From contig DASPLQ010000012.1 of the NCBI GenBank assembly GCA_035627515.1, positions 7,269-71,268 on the forward strand: DNA of 64,000 nt, read 5' to 3'. Source of the DNA: Vitreimonas sp. (GTDB lineage Bacteria > Patescibacteriota > Microgenomatia > UBA1400 > PJMF01). Below the pieces are notes generated by a model that saw nothing but the letters and a program-made list of their open reading frames with translations, had not been told where the DNA came from and ran no database searches. Shown here piece by piece: positions 60,330 to 64,000 of this stretch (its first letter is position 1; every line of letters begins with the position of its first letter). Made by a program: the position numbers and the translations under genes.

Positions 60330-61496
60330 CTAGTTACTATTCACTCTTCTTATCGTGCCGCCTTCATGGACTACAATATCACCATCAAATACGAGTTCCC
60401 CGCGTCGTTTTTTATCTTGTAAGGCTTGGGCTACCGACATTGACCCAACCTCAAACGAGATATTACTACTATCTTCACCTACTTCTTCTAGTTTAGGAAA
60501 CCAGGTATCAAAAGTGGTGATATCAGTCAGAGTTTTACAACTTATCCCAGCACCCACTCTCCTCAGAGTTCCCGCCTCGACATGCTGAATGTCACCAATA
60601 ATCGTCAAGGTTCCCCTCATATAATCCACGTGGGGAATAGAAAAACGTTCCACTTTTTTCAGTGTCACATTGCAATAAATACCGCGTAATTTGGGAAAGC
60701 TGATTGTTCCCTGACAATTATTAAGCAACAGCAACGTTTCACCAATTCTATTACCAATCATACTCACTTTGGGTAAAGTCATATCTGAGACGTTTGCGAA
60801 CTCACAATGAGCGTCAATACTGGTTAACGAAGATAGATCAATACTCCCTACATTTCTGACCACTAATTTATAAAGAAAGGGGACAAGCGGAGCGCTGAAC
60901 TTACTTAAATCATTAATCGTAATATTATTAATTTGTTCCAAAACTGGTAAATGGAGTTCTGCCTTAGTCCGCGTGGAGTAAACCACTTGTTGTGGTTGGT
61001 CATTGCGGAGTACTTTGAGATCATTGGCAATAAGACTCAAAGCGGGCGCCGTAAAAATTTCTTTATCTGAGTCAGTAATCAATACTTCTAGATCTTTAGC
61101 CCAATTAGTGTTTTTTAGCGTATTTCCACCACTGGAATACCACTTCATGTCCGCCTCAACTACCTCTACAAAATGTGGCCAGTAATCATTGACTTCTACC
61201 TCACTATTGCTTTTCAACACAATAAACTCAGTACCAGCCTCAATTTCCACAGTGGCATGATCTTGTGGTGGAAACTTTTTTTCAGCCCACACAGCAGCTA
61301 ATTCAAAGTTCTTTTCCTCTATCTCTCTTTCAAGTGCTTCTAAGCTATGCCAGATCTCAGTAGCTTGGGTTGATAAGACTTCAAACTGGTCTTTGGACCA
61401 GCCACTGGTACGCATACTCTCTAACATTGCTTCGGCTAGCACCATTTGCTGACGAATCTGGCTCAAGTTGGTTTTAAAACGAGAACAGTGTGACAT
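60330..61496 (-). CDS. LRR-like repeat protein, array 2
   Basis: MSHCSRF; YWPHFV; WFPKL. Confidence 0.75.
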   Translation of the reverse strand: MSHCSRFKTNLSQIRQQMVLAEAMLESMRTSGWSKDQFEVLSTQATEIWHSLEALEREIEEKNFELAAVWAEKKFPPQDHATVEIEAGTEFIVLKSNSEVEVNDYWPHFVEVVEADMKWYSSGGNTLKNTNWAKDLEVLITDSDKEIFTAPALSLIANDLKVLRNDQPQQVVYSTRTKAELHLPVLEQINNITINDLSKFSAPLVPFLYKLVVRNVGSIDLSSLTSIDAHCEFANVSDMTLPKVSMIGNRIGETLLLLNNCQGTISFPKLRGIYCNVTLKKVERFSIPHVDYMRGTLTIIGDIQHVEAGTLRRVGAGISCKTLTDITTFDTWFPKLEEVGEDSSNISFEVGSMSVAQALQDKKRRGELVFDGDIVVHEGGTIRRVNSN

Positions 61497-61499
61497 ATG

Positions 61500-62672
61500 T
61501 TAGTTATACAGTGTTCCACTTCCCTCAAGTGTCATGACTTGCACAGCCCCATCAAATTCTAATGTCCCAGCTCTTCTGCGGGCTAATAACTCTTGAGCTA
61601 ATTCAAACGAACTCACCGTTATTGAAACCCGAAACTGACTACCAATTTTTCGCAAACTTTTAAACCAGGCATCAAATGTTTTAATATCATTGATGACCTG
61701 GCAATCTAGGGAGCCTCCAATCGTAACGAGGCTATCTGCTACCACAGTTCTGACGTAGCTTACTAACCTAACGTTGCCAGTAATTGTTTTAGTTTGAGGC
61801 ATCTCAAACCTCAGCACATCGTCAAGAAACAGATGAGCAAAACAATTCTCCATGCTCGGCAATGACACAATACTGCAGTTTTTAATTTTTATTTGATGAT
61901 CTAAACGAGGCCAGCCAGAAACCATACCCTGACCTACCGTAATCAAGCGTGGTAGTCTGAAGTTATTCACATGCTCAATGGATGCTACCTCAGAGATTGT
62001 TTCTAAATTTTCTAGCTCAGTCTGATTAACCTGGTCGACAAGCAGTTGTAATAATTGTTTCACCTGAGGCGCGCTAAAGCGTTTCAGATCACAAATATTA
62101 ATCAGGTTACTGCGAATCAATTCTGGACATTCGAGCTCCACTTTTGAGGTGGTGCCATCATGCAACCGAGCCAGTTGATCACTTCTAGTCACATTGAGGG
62201 ACACCATTTCACTTAAACTGGGGCAAAGTATTTTATGATTGTCATACCTAGTTACTAAAAAGGAAAGCTTTCTAATAAATGAGGTGCTTTTAAGTGTAGT
62301 GTCGGCACGTGGATGCCATTTCACTTCGCCATCAACTTTATGAATCCCGGCTGGCCAATATCCCTTAATCTCAAGCTTTTCATTTGTAGAAAGGACTCGA
62401 TTATAGGTACCTACCTCACGAGAAACCACCACCTTAGCTGAAGGCATTATGACTTTTTCTATCCACTCTTCAATCAAGTGGCTGTGGCGACTAAACATGG
62501 CAGCATCAATACTCCCAATTTCATCTTCAAATCTATACAACTCTTCAGAGAACTCTTCAAGGTCTTTAGCTTTTAAAGCCCGAGTCTGTTGTGACTCCAA
62601 ATAACTTTGCAGCTGGGTAGCGTGCTTATCCAACTTTGCCACTTCATCACCAAAAACAGAGCAGTAACTCAT
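61500..62672 (-). CDS. LRR-like repeat protein, array 2
   Basis: MSYCSVF; YWPAGI; WFKSL. Confidence 0.75.
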   Translation of the reverse strand: MSYCSVFGDEVAKLDKHATQLQSYLESQQTRALKAKDLEEFSEELYRFEDEIGSIDAAMFSRHSHLIEEWIEKVIMPSAKVVVSREVGTYNRVLSTNEKLEIKGYWPAGIHKVDGEVKWHPRADTTLKSTSFIRKLSFLVTRYDNHKILCPSLSEMVSLNVTRSDQLARLHDGTTSKVELECPELIRSNLINICDLKRFSAPQVKQLLQLLVDQVNQTELENLETISEVASIEHVNNFRLPRLITVGQGMVSGWPRLDHQIKIKNCSIVSLPSMENCFAHLFLDDVLRFEMPQTKTITGNVRLVSYVRTVVADSLVTIGGSLDCQVINDIKTFDAWFKSLRKIGSQFRVSITVSSFELAQELLARRRAGTLEFDGAVQVMTLEGSGTLYN

Positions 62673-62836
62673 GATAAATCTTAGTATGGAGGGAATTTAA
62701 ACCAATGTCTATAATCGAGCGCACAAGCTGAGAACTGATCTTTCATAGGTAAAAATCTTTGATATAATCTTTTTCTTACAAAAAAGCCAGGTAAATGGTA
62801 TAATCCTGCTTTGTAGTAAAAGGAAGTTAATCTCGC

Positions 62837-63436
62837 GTGATCAGAAAGCGCATCATAAAACGCCGACAGCCCACAATTTTTGTGAAGGCTAATCATCAAA
62901 TTCGTTTTCCCGAAGTTCGTGTTTTAGACGAGCGCGGGGAAATGCTTGGAGTCATGCCTACCCGGCAAGCTCAAGATATAGCATTGACTGAAGGCAAAGA
63001 TTTAGTGCTGGTCACAGAGAAAGCGCAGCCTCCAATTGTAAAAGTGATCGACTTGGCTAAGTTCAAGTATCAACAACAACAAAAAGAAGCTGAGAATCGT
63101 AAAAAAGCCAAAGGTCCTGAGCTCAAAGAACTGCAGTTTTCACCGTTTATTGGTGAAGGCGACTTACAAACTAAGTTAAAACGCGTCTTTGAATTTTTAA
63201 ACCGCGGCGATAAAGTCAGATTGACGGTCGATTTTAAGAGTGGCCGCCAAATGAGTAAAAAAGAATTTGGATACGAAGTATTAAAAAAGATTTTTGAGGC
63301 TACGAGTGAAGTCGCTACCATTGAAACACAGCCCCAGTTTCAAGGTAAAAAACTGACTGCACAGTTAATGCCTGCCAAAAAGCAAAAACCGAAAGAGCCC
63401 GCAGCTGCACCTGAATCCACAGCAAGTGAAGCTTAA
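62837..63436 (+). CDS. infC: translation initiation factor IF-3 (start uncertain, may be non-canonical)
   Basis: NHQIRFPEVRV, DLVLV...PPIVKVID..KFKY, GDKVR; first gene of infC-rpmI-rplT. Confidence 0.95.
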   Translation: MIRKRIIKRRQPTIFVKANHQIRFPEVRVLDERGEMLGVMPTRQAQDIALTEGKDLVLVTEKAQPPIVKVIDLAKFKYQQQQKEAENRKKAKGPELKELQFSPFIGEGDLQTKLKRVFEFLNRGDKVRLTVDFKSGRQMSKKEFGYEVLKKIFEATSEVATIETQPQFQGKKLTAQLMPAKKQKPKEPAAAPESTASEA

Positions 63437-63450
63437 GCACCAAAGACGTT

Positions 63451-63654
63451 ATGCAAAAAGTCAAACAAAAAACTCGCAAAGGCGTTGCTAAACGCTTCAA
63501 AATTACTGCTACCGGTAAAGTTTTGCGCCGTTCTCAAAACATGCGCCACTTACGCCGCCGCAAGAGTAAGAAAGCTATTCGAGCCTATCGCTTGCCAGTA
63601 GAAGTCAAAGGCAAATGGGCCAAGAAAATCAAGCAAATGCTTGGTTTAGCATAA
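63451..63654 (+). CDS. rpmI: 50S ribosomal protein L35
   Basis: KTRKGVAKRFKITATGKV; synteny. Confidence 0.95.
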   Translation: MQKVKQKTRKGVAKRFKITATGKVLRRSQNMRHLRRRKSKKAIRAYRLPVEVKGKWAKKIKQMLGLA

Positions 63655-63673
63655 GTATCAGAAAGAATAATTC

Positions 63674-64000
63674 ATGCCAAGAACAAAAAGTGGTTTCACC
63701 AGACATCGCCGTCATAAAAAAGTTTTAAAGCTGACCAAAGGGTTCCGTGGTTCTAACAGCCGTTTATACAAACGCGCTAAAGAAGCATTGTTGCACGCTG
63801 GCCAATACGCCTTTGTAGGTCGGAAATTGCGCAAGCGCGACTTCCGTTCCTTGTGGATCGTGCGCATCAACGCGGCTTTGAAGCAAGTTGATGAAAAATT
63901 GCAGTATTCACGTTTCATTAATGCTATGAAAAAAGCTAATGTGACTGTGAATCGTAAGATGTTAGCTGAATTAGCTGTCAATGATTTTGCTGCGTTTAAA
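63674..64000 (+). CDS. rplT: 50S ribosomal protein L20 (3' truncated)
   Basis: MPRTKSG...HKKVLKLTKGFRG...RKRDFRSLWIVRINAA...NRKMLAELAV. Confidence 0.96.
   Translation, partial: MPRTKSGFTRHRRHKKVLKLTKGFRGSNSRLYKRAKEALLHAGQYAFVGRKLRKRDFRSLWIVRINAALKQVDEKLQYSRFINAMKKANVTVNRKMLAELAVNDFAAFK

Noticed and set aside
63712-63981. Minus-strand ORF, and the many other short ORFs nested in long genes
   Set aside because: Shadow ORFs of well-supported genes (here rplT)

Overview
This 64-kb window is bacterial chromosome using genetic code 11. Gene content and style point to a CPR/Patescibacteria (Microgenomates-like) organism; this is inferred from the DUF5660-like gene, the PPIase-less trigger factor, the TrmB-family expansion and pervasive leaderless promoters. 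The core genes are clpB, lon, tpiA, pcrA/uvrD, a FemAB-family gene, pyrH, gap, comM/yifB, miaA, miaB, tig and infC-rpmI-rplT, plus tRNA-Ile, tRNA-Cys, tRNA-Val and RNase P RNA. Four accessory elements stand out. (1) An AT-rich island next to comM carries a four-gene operon (GreA-like factor, archaeal-type adenylate kinase, Mom/GNAT-like protein, PfkB kinase). It is divergent from eight co-oriented regulators that mix TrmB-wHTH or tandem ribbon-helix-helix DNA-binding modules with TrmB-C-like or TPR sensor modules. (2) Ten highly divergent paralogs with an N-terminal Cys motif and LRR-like repeats lie in two tandem arrays (7 + 3). (3) A small GIY-YIG nuclease sits among three tRNA-Cys copies, two of which carry the same palindromic replacement. 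(4) A ~100-bp intergenic element with 11-bp periodicity occurs twice. All family calls come from motif recognition by eye; no searches were run.
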